DNA of 61,457 bases from contig CAZWUO010000002.1 of NCBI GenBank assembly GCA_964636675.1, positions 1-61,457 of the forward strand. Reading direction: 5' to 3'. How positions within the stretch are numbered: position 1 is the stretch's first letter; the number at the start of each line of letters is the position of its first letter. Below are positions 1-9,238 of the stretch, in pieces. Source of the stretch: an uncultured Ectothiorhodospiraceae bacterium (lineage in GTDB: Bacteria; Pseudomonadota; Gammaproteobacteria; S012-40). The position numbers and the translations under genes were made by a program. The notes under the pieces were generated by a model that saw only the letters and a list, made by a program, of their open reading frames with translations, had not been told where the DNA came from and made no database searches.

Positions 1-98
1 TTAACCTTGACAAGTATCCGAAGATAAATAAATTATAGCATTTGATTGTACACTTATCGGTTTGATTAAACGCATATTTTTATGCGCTGGAGGTCGTT

Positions 99-1190
99 AT
101 GCACAATGCTGAATCCGTGTTTGCAACGCGCTATTGGCAGCGTTTGCACGACGGGCGAGTACAGTGTGATTTATGTCCTCGACTTTGTAAATTACATGCA
201 GGTCAGCAAGGTTTGTGTTTTGTACGCGCTAATATTGGCAACCAGGTTGTGTTAACGACTTATGGACGATCAAGTGGTTTTTGCATTGATCCGATTGAAA
301 AAAAACCACTGAATCATTTTTTACCGGGTACGCCCGTATTGTCTTTTGGTACGGCGGGTTGTAATTTAGCCTGTAAATATTGCCAGAACTGGGATATTAG
401 TAAGTCACGCGAGTTTGCCACCTTAGCGGATGCAGCCTCACCAGAGAAAATTGCCGAAATTGCGCAACAAAAAAAATGCAATAGTGTGGCTTTTACTTAT
501 AATGATCCCGTTATATTTTTGGAATATGCAAAAGATGTGGCGCATGCTTGTAAGGCACGAGATATTAAAACCGTCGCGGTGACGGCGGGCTATATTTGTG
601 CGCAACCGCGGATCGAGTTTTTTAATTTTATTGATGCAGCAAATATCGATTTAAAAGCATTTAGTGAAAAATTTTATTGGAAAATTACCGGTAGTCATTT
701 GCAGCAAGTATTAGAAACTTTGTTATATGTGAAAAATGAGACCGCTACGTGGTTAGAATTAACGACCTTGCTTATTCCGGGTGAAAATGACAGCCGATCA
801 GAGTTAGAAAAAATGACCCAATGGGTGGTTGAATATCTTGGGCCGGATGTCCCCATGCATTTTTCAGCATTTCATCCCGCCTGGAAAATGCGCGACAAAC
901 CGCGTACACCCTCGCGAACACTGGCAATGGCGCGGGAAATTGCAATGAAAAATGGGGTTCGATATGCTTACACCGGTAATGTATATGACAAATCTGGGCA
1001 AAGTACTTATTGCCACCATTGCACTTCGATCTTGATAGGTCGCGATGGCTATGTGCTCAGTGAGTGGAACATCGATAAACAAGCGCGTTGCACAACATGT
1101 GGGGTTTTATGCGCAGGAGTGTTTACAGCACAACCTGGCCACTGGGGTGCGCGCAGAGAGGCTATTGACATGGCTAAAAGCACGGTTTAA
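99..1190 (+). CDS. amrS: AmmeMemoRadiSam-system radical SAM enzyme (PflA-like activase fold)
   Basis: 363-aa ORF. It has the radical SAM cluster motif GCNLACKYCQNW (CxxxCxxC), an N-terminal CDLCPRLC pair and a C-terminal CHHC...CTTCG. This layout is typical of the family. Confidence 0.75.
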   Translation: MHNAESVFATRYWQRLHDGRVQCDLCPRLCKLHAGQQGLCFVRANIGNQVVLTTYGRSSGFCIDPIEKKPLNHFLPGTPVLSFGTAGCNLACKYCQNWDISKSREFATLADAASPEKIAEIAQQKKCNSVAFTYNDPVIFLEYAKDVAHACKARDIKTVAVTAGYICAQPRIEFFNFIDAANIDLKAFSEKFYWKITGSHLQQVLETLLYVKNETATWLELTTLLIPGENDSRSELEKMTQWVVEYLGPDVPMHFSAFHPAWKMRDKPRTPSRTLAMAREIAMKNGVRYAYTGNVYDKSGQSTYCHHCTSILIGRDGYVLSEWNIDKQARCTTCGVLCAGVFTAQPGHWGARREAIDMAKSTV

Positions 1191-1240
1191 CCGATTGAAT
1201 TAATGAATAACATCCGCTAACGGTGGCCTAAAGGATAAAC

Positions 1241-1798
1241 ATGACTCACAAAAACCTATGTATTGGAATCGTTACCGTGTCAGATAGAGCGAGCCGTGGA
1301 GAATACGATGATCGTGGCGGTCCGGCGATAGAAGAATGGCTTAACGCAGCGCTGGCTTCGCCTTGGTTGGCAGTAAAAAGATTAGTCCCTGATGAGCGTG
1401 TACTATTAGAAGACACGCTGGCTAAATTATGTGATGAAGAATGCTGTCAGCTCGTGGTTACGACGGGTGGTACGGGGCCAGCTTTACGCGATATTACGCC
1501 GGATGTCACCGAGTCTATTTGCGAAAAAATGATGCCAGGGTTTGGCGAGCTAATGCGCGCAGAGTCGTTGAAGTTTGTACCGACTGCCATACTTTCACGT
1601 CAAACAGCGGGTATTCGAGGGCGTTCACTGATCGTAAATCTCCCGGGAAAACCCTCGGCGATTGCAGATTGTCTAAATGCTGTATTTCCAGCAATTCCTT
1701 ATTGTATTGATTTATTAGATGGGCCGTACATGGAAACCAATGCAGACTTCGTGAAGGCATTTCGACCCCAGCATGCCTTGTTGAAGAAGCGTGTATAA
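1241..1798 (+). CDS. mog: molybdopterin adenylyltransferase MogA
   Basis: 185-aa ORF, near-collinear with E. coli MogA as I remember it. Shared motifs: GIVTVSDRAS, VVTTGGTGPA.RD.TPD, MPGFGE, FVPTAILSRQ, PYCIDLL.GPY. Confidence 0.9.
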   Translation: MTHKNLCIGIVTVSDRASRGEYDDRGGPAIEEWLNAALASPWLAVKRLVPDERVLLEDTLAKLCDEECCQLVVTTGGTGPALRDITPDVTESICEKMMPGFGELMRAESLKFVPTAILSRQTAGIRGRSLIVNLPGKPSAIADCLNAVFPAIPYCIDLLDGPYMETNADFVKAFRPQHALLKKRV

Positions 1799-1854
1799 TG
1801 CGTCCTAAAATGAGACCTCAGTAGTCTTTGGTATTCCGTCGAGCAAGGTAAACA

Positions 1855-2529
1855 ATGATAACAAGCTCCCAACAACAGCAACGTTTGATGCAATCTTTTC
1901 CATTATTGGAAAACACCACGTCAGAATTTCGGCAGCAGTTTTTTCGCAATGCTACGCTGCTACAGATCCCTGCTCACCATACCATCGCAGCGGAGGGCAG
2001 TGAGTGCGTCCAATTGGCATTACTTGTCTCGGGTAAAGTTCGGGTATATAAGCTTTCTGATTCAGGCCGCGAGATCACGCTTTATCGTATCAGTAGTGGT
2101 GACAGCTGTGTGCTTACCGCTGCTTGCATGATGAGTGATATCCAGTTTCCCGCTATTGCAGTGACGGAAACGGACGCAGAAGCCGTGGTTATTCCTGCAA
2201 GGCAGGCACGTGAATGGATGAGTGGATCAAAACCCTGGAGTGCTTTTATCTTTGGTTTGATCGCCAAACGTTTGGTCGATGTGATTAGCGTGCTCGAAGA
2301 TGTGGCCTTTCATCGCATGGATGAACGCATTGCTGCCTATTTAATCGCCATTGCCTCGCAAGGACCGACGGTCAATATCACGCACCATGAGATTGCATCT
2401 GATCTAGGAAGCACTCGCGAGGTAGTGAGTCGCATTCTTAAAGATTTTGAGAGCAAAGCGCTGGTGAAAGGTGTGCGCGGTAAACTCACCATTATTGATT
2501 TGCCTGGTTTACAAGCCTATCGGCAATAA
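1855..2529 (+). CDS. Crp/Fnr-family transcriptional regulator
   Basis: 224 aa. An N-terminal cNMP-binding-like beta-barrel (LLVSGKVRVYKLSDSGREITLYRISSGDSC) is followed by a C-terminal Crp-type HTH (THHEIASDLGSTREVVSRILKDFE). It has no Fnr-type N-terminal Cys cluster. Confidence 0.8.
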   Translation: MITSSQQQQRLMQSFPLLENTTSEFRQQFFRNATLLQIPAHHTIAAEGSECVQLALLVSGKVRVYKLSDSGREITLYRISSGDSCVLTAACMMSDIQFPAIAVTETDAEAVVIPARQAREWMSGSKPWSAFIFGLIAKRLVDVISVLEDVAFHRMDERIAAYLIAIASQGPTVNITHHEIASDLGSTREVVSRILKDFESKALVKGVRGKLTIIDLPGLQAYRQ

Positions 2530-2652
2530 TAATCCTTCGTTTTTTTTCAAGTAAAGGTGTATTTGTCACATACAGCATCCTTGTGCAATGTTTATATTAA
2601 GAGTACTCACTATTTATTAAACCGAGTCTCTTACTCGACAAGGAGAAACATC

Positions 2653-2838
2653 ATGGGAAAGAATATTGGCAGTATTGATAAAGGTATTCGTTTTGTAGCT
2701 GGACTCGCTGCTGTGGGGGCTGGCGTTTATTTTCAAACCTGGTGGGGTGCCGTTGGCCTGGTATTGATATTTACGGCGCTGATAAGTTGGTGTCCTCCTT
2801 ATGCAATGCTGGGTATCAGTACTTGTAAGGCTAAATAG
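2653..2838 (+). CDS. DUF2892 (YgaP-like) small membrane protein
   Basis: I chose the internal ATG at 2653, preceded by AGGAG at 2641-2645. The product is 61 aa with the GSIDKGIRFVAGL motif and two hydrophobic helices. The longer 2557 start lacks an RBS. Confidence 0.7.
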   Translation: MGKNIGSIDKGIRFVAGLAAVGAGVYFQTWWGAVGLVLIFTALISWCPPYAMLGISTCKAK

Positions 2839-2883
2839 GTTTAAATAAAGCTAACTCCTCAGTATCTTTCAAAACGTATAGTC

Positions 2884-2918
2884 ACTGCATAGGATCACTG
2901 TTAGCGATACTATGCAGT
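2884..2918. terminator. possible bidirectional stem-loop between convergent genes
   Basis: ACTGCATAG (2884-2892) pairs with CTATGCAGT (2910-2918). The loop is long (17 nt) and there is no clear T-tract, so this is weak. Confidence 0.25.
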
Positions 2919-2937
2919 TGGGGTATGAATATTTCTG

Positions 2938-4425
2938 TTATTCTGCTGCTGACTCAATCGGCAATGGAAATGAAAACACCGTGCCTTGGTTTACTTTGCT
3001 AGAAACCTGAATCAAGCTATTGTGTAGTTGTAAAATTCTTTTACTAATGGCGAGTCCGAGTCCGGTGCCTTGTTGGTCAATTTCTCGGTGTTTTGCGACG
3101 CGATAAAAGCGTTCAAAAATATGCGGTATATCTGCCTCCGGGATGCCTTGGCCGGTGTCTTCTACCTGCACAATGACTTGATGTTCATTTTGTATAAGCT
3201 GTAAACGTATCTCTCCGCCTGCTGGTGTATAACGCAGGGCATTCTCAATGAGATTTTCCATGACGCGTTCAATCATTGCGATATCCGCAGAAACAAAAGC
3301 CGGTGCTGCGGGTAACTCGATTATTAAATGAATGTTTTTTTTCTGCGCTTCGAGTTCAAACTTCTGGGCGATGTCTTGTACGAGTTCACCCATTGGGAAG
3401 GGTTCAAAATGCAATTTTGTACCTTGGGTATCGAGCATGGCAAGCTCAAATAATTCACTAATTAGCTTGCCTAGTCGCTGACTATGTTTAAAGGCAATGT
3501 CAAGGTATTGTGCTTTTTCGGCTTCGCTGAGTTGCGCAGATTTTTCATGCAAAGTTTCAATATACCCTTGCAATGAAGCAAGCGGAGTGCGCAAATCGTG
3601 GGAAACATTTGCAATTAACTCGCGTCTTGATGCATCGGTATGTTGCAGCTGTTTTACTTGCTCTATGATGCGCTCAGACATTTCTCTGAAGGTCGTGCCG
3701 AGTTGATCAATTTCATCGACGGATCGACCGTCAAATTTATCCGGAGTATTTAGTGGATGCGCAAAATCACTTTGTTTGAACTGATTCATCAGTTGATTTA
3801 GGAAGCGCAGACGTTTAGTAATCGTGTTAAAAATAAATAAACCCGCAAACAGGCTCGCTAATAATGCGCTAATGGCAAGACCAATCACAAATTGCAGAAT
3901 GTAACTGGTTTTTAATAAACCGACGACAGAATCAAACATTTCGCCACCGAGCACGACATATAGATAACCGGATAAGGAGCCATCGGCTAAAATAGGCGCG
4001 ACAGAAAAAACTTTTTGTTGCTTAGACGCGTCTCTTGGATCATCACCTAATATAGGGAAGCTTGCCGATTTTTCGATAAACCCTGCTATAGGGGCAAGCG
4101 AAATATGGGTTTTTTTCACCGCGCCAGGTGGTGCCGAATAACTTAAGATTTTACCGCTTTTATCAATGAGATAAACCTCGATACTCGGGTTGACTAACAT
4201 CAAACCCATGAACACTTTGTTCCAATCTTTCTCGTTGACTTTGCTGTCGGAAAATAAATCGGTTTCCTTAACAAGATTATGCGCAAGGTCAGCGTGTAGA
4301 CGTTGATTTAGCTCTTGCAAGAATACCGGCGAGGCATAGGTAATGATATAAGTGATAACAGATGTAATAAGTAATAAAATACTTAGGAAGGTAAATGCAA
4401 GTTTGGCGTAAACAGTTTTAAACAT
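2938..4425 (-). CDS. two-component sensor histidine kinase (periplasmic sensor, HAMP, HisKA, HATPase_c)
   Basis: 495 aa with two TM segments flanking a periplasmic region of about 150 aa. It has the H-box VSHDLRTPL, the N-box ENLIENALRYTP and the G-boxes DTGQGIP and GTGLGLAI. Confidence 0.85.
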   Translation of the reverse strand: MFKTVYAKLAFTFLSILLLITSVITYIITYASPVFLQELNQRLHADLAHNLVKETDLFSDSKVNEKDWNKVFMGLMLVNPSIEVYLIDKSGKILSYSAPPGAVKKTHISLAPIAGFIEKSASFPILGDDPRDASKQQKVFSVAPILADGSLSGYLYVVLGGEMFDSVVGLLKTSYILQFVIGLAISALLASLFAGLFIFNTITKRLRFLNQLMNQFKQSDFAHPLNTPDKFDGRSVDEIDQLGTTFREMSERIIEQVKQLQHTDASRRELIANVSHDLRTPLASLQGYIETLHEKSAQLSEAEKAQYLDIAFKHSQRLGKLISELFELAMLDTQGTKLHFEPFPMGELVQDIAQKFELEAQKKNIHLIIELPAAPAFVSADIAMIERVMENLIENALRYTPAGGEIRLQLIQNEHQVIVQVEDTGQGIPEADIPHIFERFYRVAKHREIDQQGTGLGLAISKRILQLHNSLIQVSSKVNQGTVFSFPLPIESAAE

Positions 4426-4494
4426 ATTTGAGTCTTTTATAATAGGTGTTTTTCGAAAGTGGCTAAAATAGTGGTTGCAATATTCGAAATGCTG

Positions 4495-5199
4495 TTATTT
4501 GTATTTATCATTAAACTTATAACCCACACCCCACACCGTCATTACAAATTCAGGTTCGGCGGGGTTTTTCTCAATCTTTCTACGTAGACGGTTCATATGC
4601 GAATTAACCGTGTGTTCGTAACCTTCGTGGCCATAACCCCAAACGGCATCCAATAATTGGCTACGAGTATACACACGTCCGGGGTGTTCCGCGAAGTGTA
4701 GTAGCAAATCAAACTCCTTTGCGGTTAAGTCAACGGGTTTTCCGTACGCTGCTATATTTCGAGTGAGCGTATTGATTTCCAGTTCACCGAAAGTTAAAGC
4801 TTCTGAGATTTTTTTTTGCGATGTTCCTAAAATATCAATACGCCTAAAAATAGCTTTAACTCTGGCTAAAAGTTCGCGAATACTAAAGGGTTTGGTGAGA
4901 TAATCATCTGCGCCGACTTCTAAACCCAATACGCGGTCAATTTCAGAGGATTTTGCAGTAAGCATTAAAATCGGTGTGAAATTTGAACGTTCACGTAATT
5001 TCTGGCAAAGTTCGATGCCATCAATACCCGGTAACATTAAGTCCAGTATGATTAAGTCGAAAGGGTGTTTAATGGCTGTGTTAAAACCCTCGATGCCATC
5101 ACTTGTGCGGGTGACATCACAATTCATATCGCTTAAATGCATCGTCAAAAGTGTAGCGATATCGGCGTTATCTTCAACAATTAGAATTTTTTTATTCAT
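4495..5199 (-). CDS. OmpR-family DNA-binding response regulator
   Basis: Receiver motifs KILIVEDN, LIILDLMLPGIDG and LTAK, plus a winged-helix C-terminus (LTAKEFDLL..., VWGVGYKF). I set the start at the MNKKILIV Met (5199) rather than the ORF-track 5265. Confidence 0.85.
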   Translation of the reverse strand: MNKKILIVEDNADIATLLTMHLSDMNCDVTRTSDGIEGFNTAIKHPFDLIILDLMLPGIDGIELCQKLRERSNFTPILMLTAKSSEIDRVLGLEVGADDYLTKPFSIRELLARVKAIFRRIDILGTSQKKISEALTFGELEINTLTRNIAAYGKPVDLTAKEFDLLLHFAEHPGRVYTRSQLLDAVWGYGHEGYEHTVNSHMNRLRRKIEKNPAEPEFVMTVWGVGYKFNDKYK

Positions 5200-5397
5200 G
5201 CAACGTTGCCTTAACGGAATACGAGACTCCAATTTGGGTATTTTAATTGACATGTTTTGTAGCATGATAGCTTGGCCTTTACCACTGTGTATAATGTTTC
5301 ATATCTTTTTTTACAGATATTTTGCAGGTGTAACAGATTATCTCATGTATAGCGTAGTGCGAATTGTTCACAAAAGTATCACAATTCAAATGTTCAA

Positions 5398-5631
5398 CCA
5401 GATTCTGCAGTTGACCGCTATGAGGTATCGTTAAACGCTTGATGAGAAAACGAATGAGTCTGTTTAGCAAATTCACCCAGAGGATGAGCGCGCTACGCCA
5501 TGAATAGCACGCTTTAAAGCGTGAATATCATCGTTGCGAATCGTTGCAATAGCGGGCTATTCCGCCTCATCGCGTCTTGCTGTTCACGCTTAAAAACGCA
5601 CTCTGCATGTCGTTCAACTGCGGATTCTAGG
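5398..5631 (+). mobile_element. MITE-like non-coding repeat element, copy A (about 234 bp, imperfect terminal inverted repeats of about 28 bp)
   Basis: The left end is CCAGATTCTGCAGTTGACCGCTATGAGG. The reverse complement of the right end is CCTAGAATCCGCAGTTGAACGACATGCAG. The element is near-identical in segments to the reverse complement of 52324-52479. It contains a perfect 16-bp palindrome, CACGCTTTAAAGCGTG (5508-5523). Confidence 0.6.
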
Positions 5632-5970
5632 TTCAATGAGGGATGATCTGGTTGTGGTTGAAATATGTTCAAGTTGTCAAATGATTAATGAAATGTTTGA
5701 GGTTGAGTCGTCAAATTTTAAGAGTGTGTCCATCTAATCAACATTCATACTGTAATATATGTTAATTGCGTTAAGGTTTTGATGATCTCGTTTGCAAATA
5801 GTTTAGCGCTATTACTGGATAATGAAGGGTTCGCATATAAATAACATTATTTCGCAATGAACGGCTGAATGAATACTAATAGCTGCAACGCATTTCTCCG
5901 CCGACCCTAAAGCAATGGAGATGGGGTTTACTTAGGGAATGAACACAATAACTTGAAGGGAGATAAGTTG

Positions 5971-6597
5971 TTGAAAATTCATCTGATGATTATTAGTGAT
6001 ATACGCCTGTATCGTGAAGGATTAGCAAGCGTACTAGAATCCGAAAATGGTGTTAGTGTTGTAGCAATGTGTAGTTGCAGTGCGAATATAACGACTTATC
6101 TACAAAATAATAATACAACGAACGTTGTTGACCTGCTGTTAGTTGATATGGTGAATATAACATGCAAGAGCGTTCTCCAATCGCTATTAGATCTACCGCT
6201 AAAAAAAATTGCTCTTGCTGTTAATGAAACAGCATCAGAAGTGATTTCATGTGCAGAAGCGGGTTTTTCTGGTTATGTGTCACGTGATGCATCAATAAAA
6301 GATCTTGTTAAAGTTGTTTGTGCGACTGCTCATGGCGAGTTAGTTTGTTCACCGAAAATAGCTGGAAGTTTGCTACGCAAAGTGAACTCATTATCCGGAA
6401 AGCGGCATGTGCAGTCAAACGAAAAACGTATTACCCATCGTGAAATGCAAATTGCTAAATTGATCAACAAAGGTTATTCAAATAAAGGGATTTCGAAGGA
6501 ACTTTGTATAGAAATTTCTACGGTGAAAAACCATGTTCATAATATACTCGAAAAGCTGCAAGTAAGAAGACGAAGTGAAATAGCTAATTGGTTATAG
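5971..6597 (+). CDS. LuxR/NarL-family regulator with an atypical receiver domain
   Basis: The C-terminal LuxR HTH reads ITHREMQIAKLINKGYSNKGISKELCIEISTVKNHVHNILEKLQV. The N-terminal receiver-like fold has SD in place of the DD acidic pair and ALAV in place of the conserved T/S. I prefer the TTG start at 5971, 7 nt after the GGGAGA RBS. The ORF track starts at 5953 and an ATG lies at 5986. Confidence 0.75.
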   Translation: MKIHLMIISDIRLYREGLASVLESENGVSVVAMCSCSANITTYLQNNNTTNVVDLLLVDMVNITCKSVLQSLLDLPLKKIALAVNETASEVISCAEAGFSGYVSRDASIKDLVKVVCATAHGELVCSPKIAGSLLRKVNSLSGKRHVQSNEKRITHREMQIAKLINKGYSNKGISKELCIEISTVKNHVHNILEKLQVRRRSEIANWL

Positions 6598-6641
6598 GTA
6601 TTGCATTCTGTAGGTACTAGTTATTCCACGCTTCTCTTAAT

Positions 6642-6706
6642 CCTAGATTCCGTAGCTGACCGCTCGCATTAGAATTTTGTTACGAATGAATTTCAGTGCT
6701 TTACAT
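6642..6706 (+). repeat. partial (left-end) copy of the MITE-like element
   Basis: CCTAGATTCCGTAGCTGACCGCTCGCATTAG... matches the left terminal repeat of copy A. A further weak match (ACGAATGA...) follows, and then similarity is lost. Confidence 0.4.
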
Positions 6707-6881
6707 AGATAAATGAAATTTCAAAGATCTAGATCCTTTTCTTCGAAAACGCTTTAAATATACTCAATATATCTAGATCCTACTATGAATCCTTTTTAGT
6801 TCTTTTGGTTTATATCTTTTCCGATTGTGCTGGAGGATACTCGAAAAGCACAAACCAAAAATCGTTTTACGGAGCAAATCA

Positions 6882-7313
6882 GTGAATGAAATTCGAATAC
6901 TTTTAACGGGTGAAAGTTCTGGAATGCGACGGATTATCGAAAAAATTTGTGCGAATAATTTAAGTATAACGTTGTTATACTTAAGTGATAACAAAGAGAT
7001 TATTAATGCAGAAGATTTTGTGGTGAACTCCGCTGTCGCAGCGATAGTAAAAAAAAATTCTGTTAATGTAGTGCTGTTGGATTTAGGTGATAGAGAATTT
7101 CTTACTATGGGTTCAGCATTTTCATTAAATGTGTTTGCGACAAGTGTTGCGCATAAACTGCTTGAATTATTTCCTCAGTTGACGATTATTAGTTTGTTGT
7201 CTAGAGGAAAAAAGATGAAAATTTATACTGAGTTTCATCTCAATGATGTTGGTGTAAATCAACTTATTAATGCTATTAGTTTGATCATTAGTGGTCGCAG
7301 TATTAGCGTGTAA
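6882..7313 (+). CDS. hypothetical protein, receiver-like (pseudo-receiver) fold
   Basis: I propose the GTG start at 6882, 7 nt after GGAG. The beta-alpha pattern (IRILLTGE / VVLLDLGD / TIISLLSR) resembles a CheY-like domain without the acidic pocket. The ORF lies in an AT-rich region, so its coding status is uncertain. Confidence 0.4.
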   Translation: MNEIRILLTGESSGMRRIIEKICANNLSITLLYLSDNKEIINAEDFVVNSAVAAIVKKNSVNVVLLDLGDREFLTMGSAFSLNVFATSVAHKLLELFPQLTIISLLSRGKKMKIYTEFHLNDVGVNQLINAISLIISGRSISV

Positions 7314-7383
7314 ATATGATATTAAAGGCTGCTGTATAAAATTAATTTTAGAAAGATTAATATAAAGTGGTACAAAAAATAAT

Positions 7384-7998
7384 ATGTATACAGCACTCAC
7401 AGCAACAAGTTTAACGTTGGCTAATCATATTGAGAATTGCTTTGTTAATACAACAGGCTTAGCACCTTTTTTTGATACCAATGTAGGCGGCAATATGGAA
7501 GTATCATTACATACTCCACAAGAAATGTCTGAACAACAGAATGAAGGTCTATCCGTCTGGCTTTACAGAGTTGTACGTGATGAAGATTTGTTGAATCGGC
7601 CACCGTTGCGTATTACAGATACCCAATTACAACGCATTCCATTACCTGTGCGTTTACACTATTTAATAACGCCCATTATCAATACAACAAACTTGGTTGC
7701 TGGTCCTGAATTGGAACAAACCGTTATCGGTAAAGTACTACAAGTATTTCATGATCATCCTTTATTGCGTGGCGGTGAGTTGCAAGGTGATCTAAGTGGT
7801 ACCAGTGTTGAAATTCGTGCGCGCTTGGAACCCTTAGGTTTGGAAGAAATTACGCGGGTTTGGGATGCTTTGGAGGCATCTTATCAACTTTCAGTATCAT
7901 ACGAAGTAAGTGTGATGGAAATAAATACGGCACGTGAACCAGAAAATATTGTGCCGGTGGATGTAGTCGTACCTGAATATGGTGTAATCGTGGGGTAG
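7384..7998 (+). CDS. DUF4255 / Pvc16-Afp16-like tail terminator (cap) protein
   Basis: 204 aa with the family-typical stretch LSVWLYRVVRDEDLLNRPP...IPLPVRLHYLITP...RVWDAL....LSVSYEVSV. Confidence 0.85.
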   Translation: MYTALTATSLTLANHIENCFVNTTGLAPFFDTNVGGNMEVSLHTPQEMSEQQNEGLSVWLYRVVRDEDLLNRPPLRITDTQLQRIPLPVRLHYLITPIINTTNLVAGPELEQTVIGKVLQVFHDHPLLRGGELQGDLSGTSVEIRARLEPLGLEEITRVWDALEASYQLSVSYEVSVMEINTAREPENIVPVDVVVPEYGVIVG

Positions 7999-8002
7999 TG
8001 TG

Positions 8003-9154
8003 ATGATTTTAACAAACATCAATGTCAATAGTCGAAATGTCGCCTTATCAATGGATGATGCTCTTCCCCTCGCTTATCGAATGTCAGTGGTAGTGAAAGC
8101 ACGCTTACGTGATGAATTAACGGATTTAGCGCCGGTAACAACGGCAACCGTACAAGCCTCGATGAATGGATTGACATCACGTGCGACAGAAGGTGGCATT
8201 GCTGGAGTTGTTGGTATTCCTATTGAGTTATTCAGCACACCGAGTTTAGCAACGGATCCATATGATTTCAGTATCACTTTTTCAGTCGAAGCTTATCTTC
8301 CTGTGACGCAACAAATTACCTTAGGGCCGATAGCAAACTTTCCGAATGTCTTCGCAGCTGTTGATTTAGGTGTCGTTCAGCTTCATCGTCAGCCTATGAT
8401 AATCCATGGTCGAGTAGTAACTGGTGGGCCGCAAGCAGAAATCAGCATTAGCGATATTTGGTTAACCTTACCATCCGCGGCATCAATGCCTGTACCGAGT
8501 CTGTTAACCCTGGTGTCACTGCGATCGAGTGTATACCGCGCGCGTGCTATTGCGTCTACTGCAGTGCGCCAGCGTGATTTAACCGAAGTTGTGGGTGAAG
8601 ACAAATTTTTGTTAGTCAATGTATTGGCTGGTCAGAAAATGTTGCGCTTGTCAAATCGGATAAATCTAAATGTAGCTGACATCCTCGCACTGTCTACTAA
8701 TGACAATGCGGTAACAGAGTATATTGTGATCGATAATATCGCGGGTGCATCGAACGCTAATCAAGCCGCGATCATTACACTCGCGCATGCTGTGAAATTC
8801 ACTCATCGCCGGCTAGCAGTGGTGCGGCAGGTTTTGCCACAAGCACCTGGGGTTGATAACAACCTAGGTAGTGATGCGATGGCAGGTGATCAGTGTTTGT
8901 TATTGAACACAACGAATGGTTTATCGAGTGACACATTAATGGAGATTAATGATGGTATGCAAGTCGCGGAATATCACGCCATGAGCGTTTTTCGAGTAAA
9001 CACCGATGCCAATGGTTATTATAATTTACCTCCCCTAAGTAGAGTGGCGCAATTGAATATTCATGTCGATGCTGGTGCAGCGGGGAATACGGATATTGAT
9101 GGTTTTGTGCCGGACTATAACCGACGTGAACAGCTGTTGGATGTGGTGTTGTGA
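8003..9154 (+). CDS. hypothetical eCIS-associated protein (Ig-like N-terminus plus sheath-decoration-like modules)
   Basis: 383 aa from the ATG at 8003 (GTG at 8000), starting 2 nt after the cap gene stop. The N-terminus resembles a carboxypeptidase-regulatory-like beta-sandwich. Two modules (LLVNVLAGQKMLRLSN...VTEYIVIDNI...ITLAHAVKFTH and LLLNTTNGLSSDTLMEINDGMQVAEYH) resemble the repeat in the giant sheath. Confidence 0.6.
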   Translation: MILTNINVNSRNVALSMDDALPLAYRMSVVVKARLRDELTDLAPVTTATVQASMNGLTSRATEGGIAGVVGIPIELFSTPSLATDPYDFSITFSVEAYLPVTQQITLGPIANFPNVFAAVDLGVVQLHRQPMIIHGRVVTGGPQAEISISDIWLTLPSAASMPVPSLLTLVSLRSSVYRARAIASTAVRQRDLTEVVGEDKFLLVNVLAGQKMLRLSNRINLNVADILALSTNDNAVTEYIVIDNIAGASNANQAAIITLAHAVKFTHRRLAVVRQVLPQAPGVDNNLGSDAMAGDQCLLLNTTNGLSSDTLMEINDGMQVAEYHAMSVFRVNTDANGYYNLPPLSRVAQLNIHVDAGAAGNTDIDGFVPDYNRREQLLDVVL

Positions 9155-9238
9155 TTGATTCTGTTTGTAAAACTATTTGAAGTTGTAGCACGAGCCAAGG
9201 GCGTTATTTTTTTTAAGGATTGATATAGGAGAATAGTC

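Noticed and set aside
2557-2652. The long 5' extension of the DUF2892 ORF.
   Set aside because: The extension has no RBS and an unlikely composition. The internal ATG at 2653 has a good AGGAG and gives the family-typical length.
4976-5476. ORFs 4976-5434 (+) and 5279-5476 (-).
   Set aside because: The first is antisense to the response-regulator gene. Both run into the MITE-like repeat (5398-5631). Neither has a recognisable motif or RBS.
7355-7383. Possible sigma-54 promoter (TGGTAC-N5-ATAA) just upstream of the first eCIS gene.
   Set aside because: The -24 element is only approximate, the -12 TTGC element is absent, and the spacing to the ATG is too short. I do not consider this supportable.
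6773-7400. Minus-strand ORFs 6773-6994 and 7167-7400 in the AT-rich leader region.
   Set aside because: These are AT-rich, Lys/Ile/Asn-dominated translations overlapping the plus-strand receiver-like ORF and the eCIS promoter region. They are most likely chance frames.
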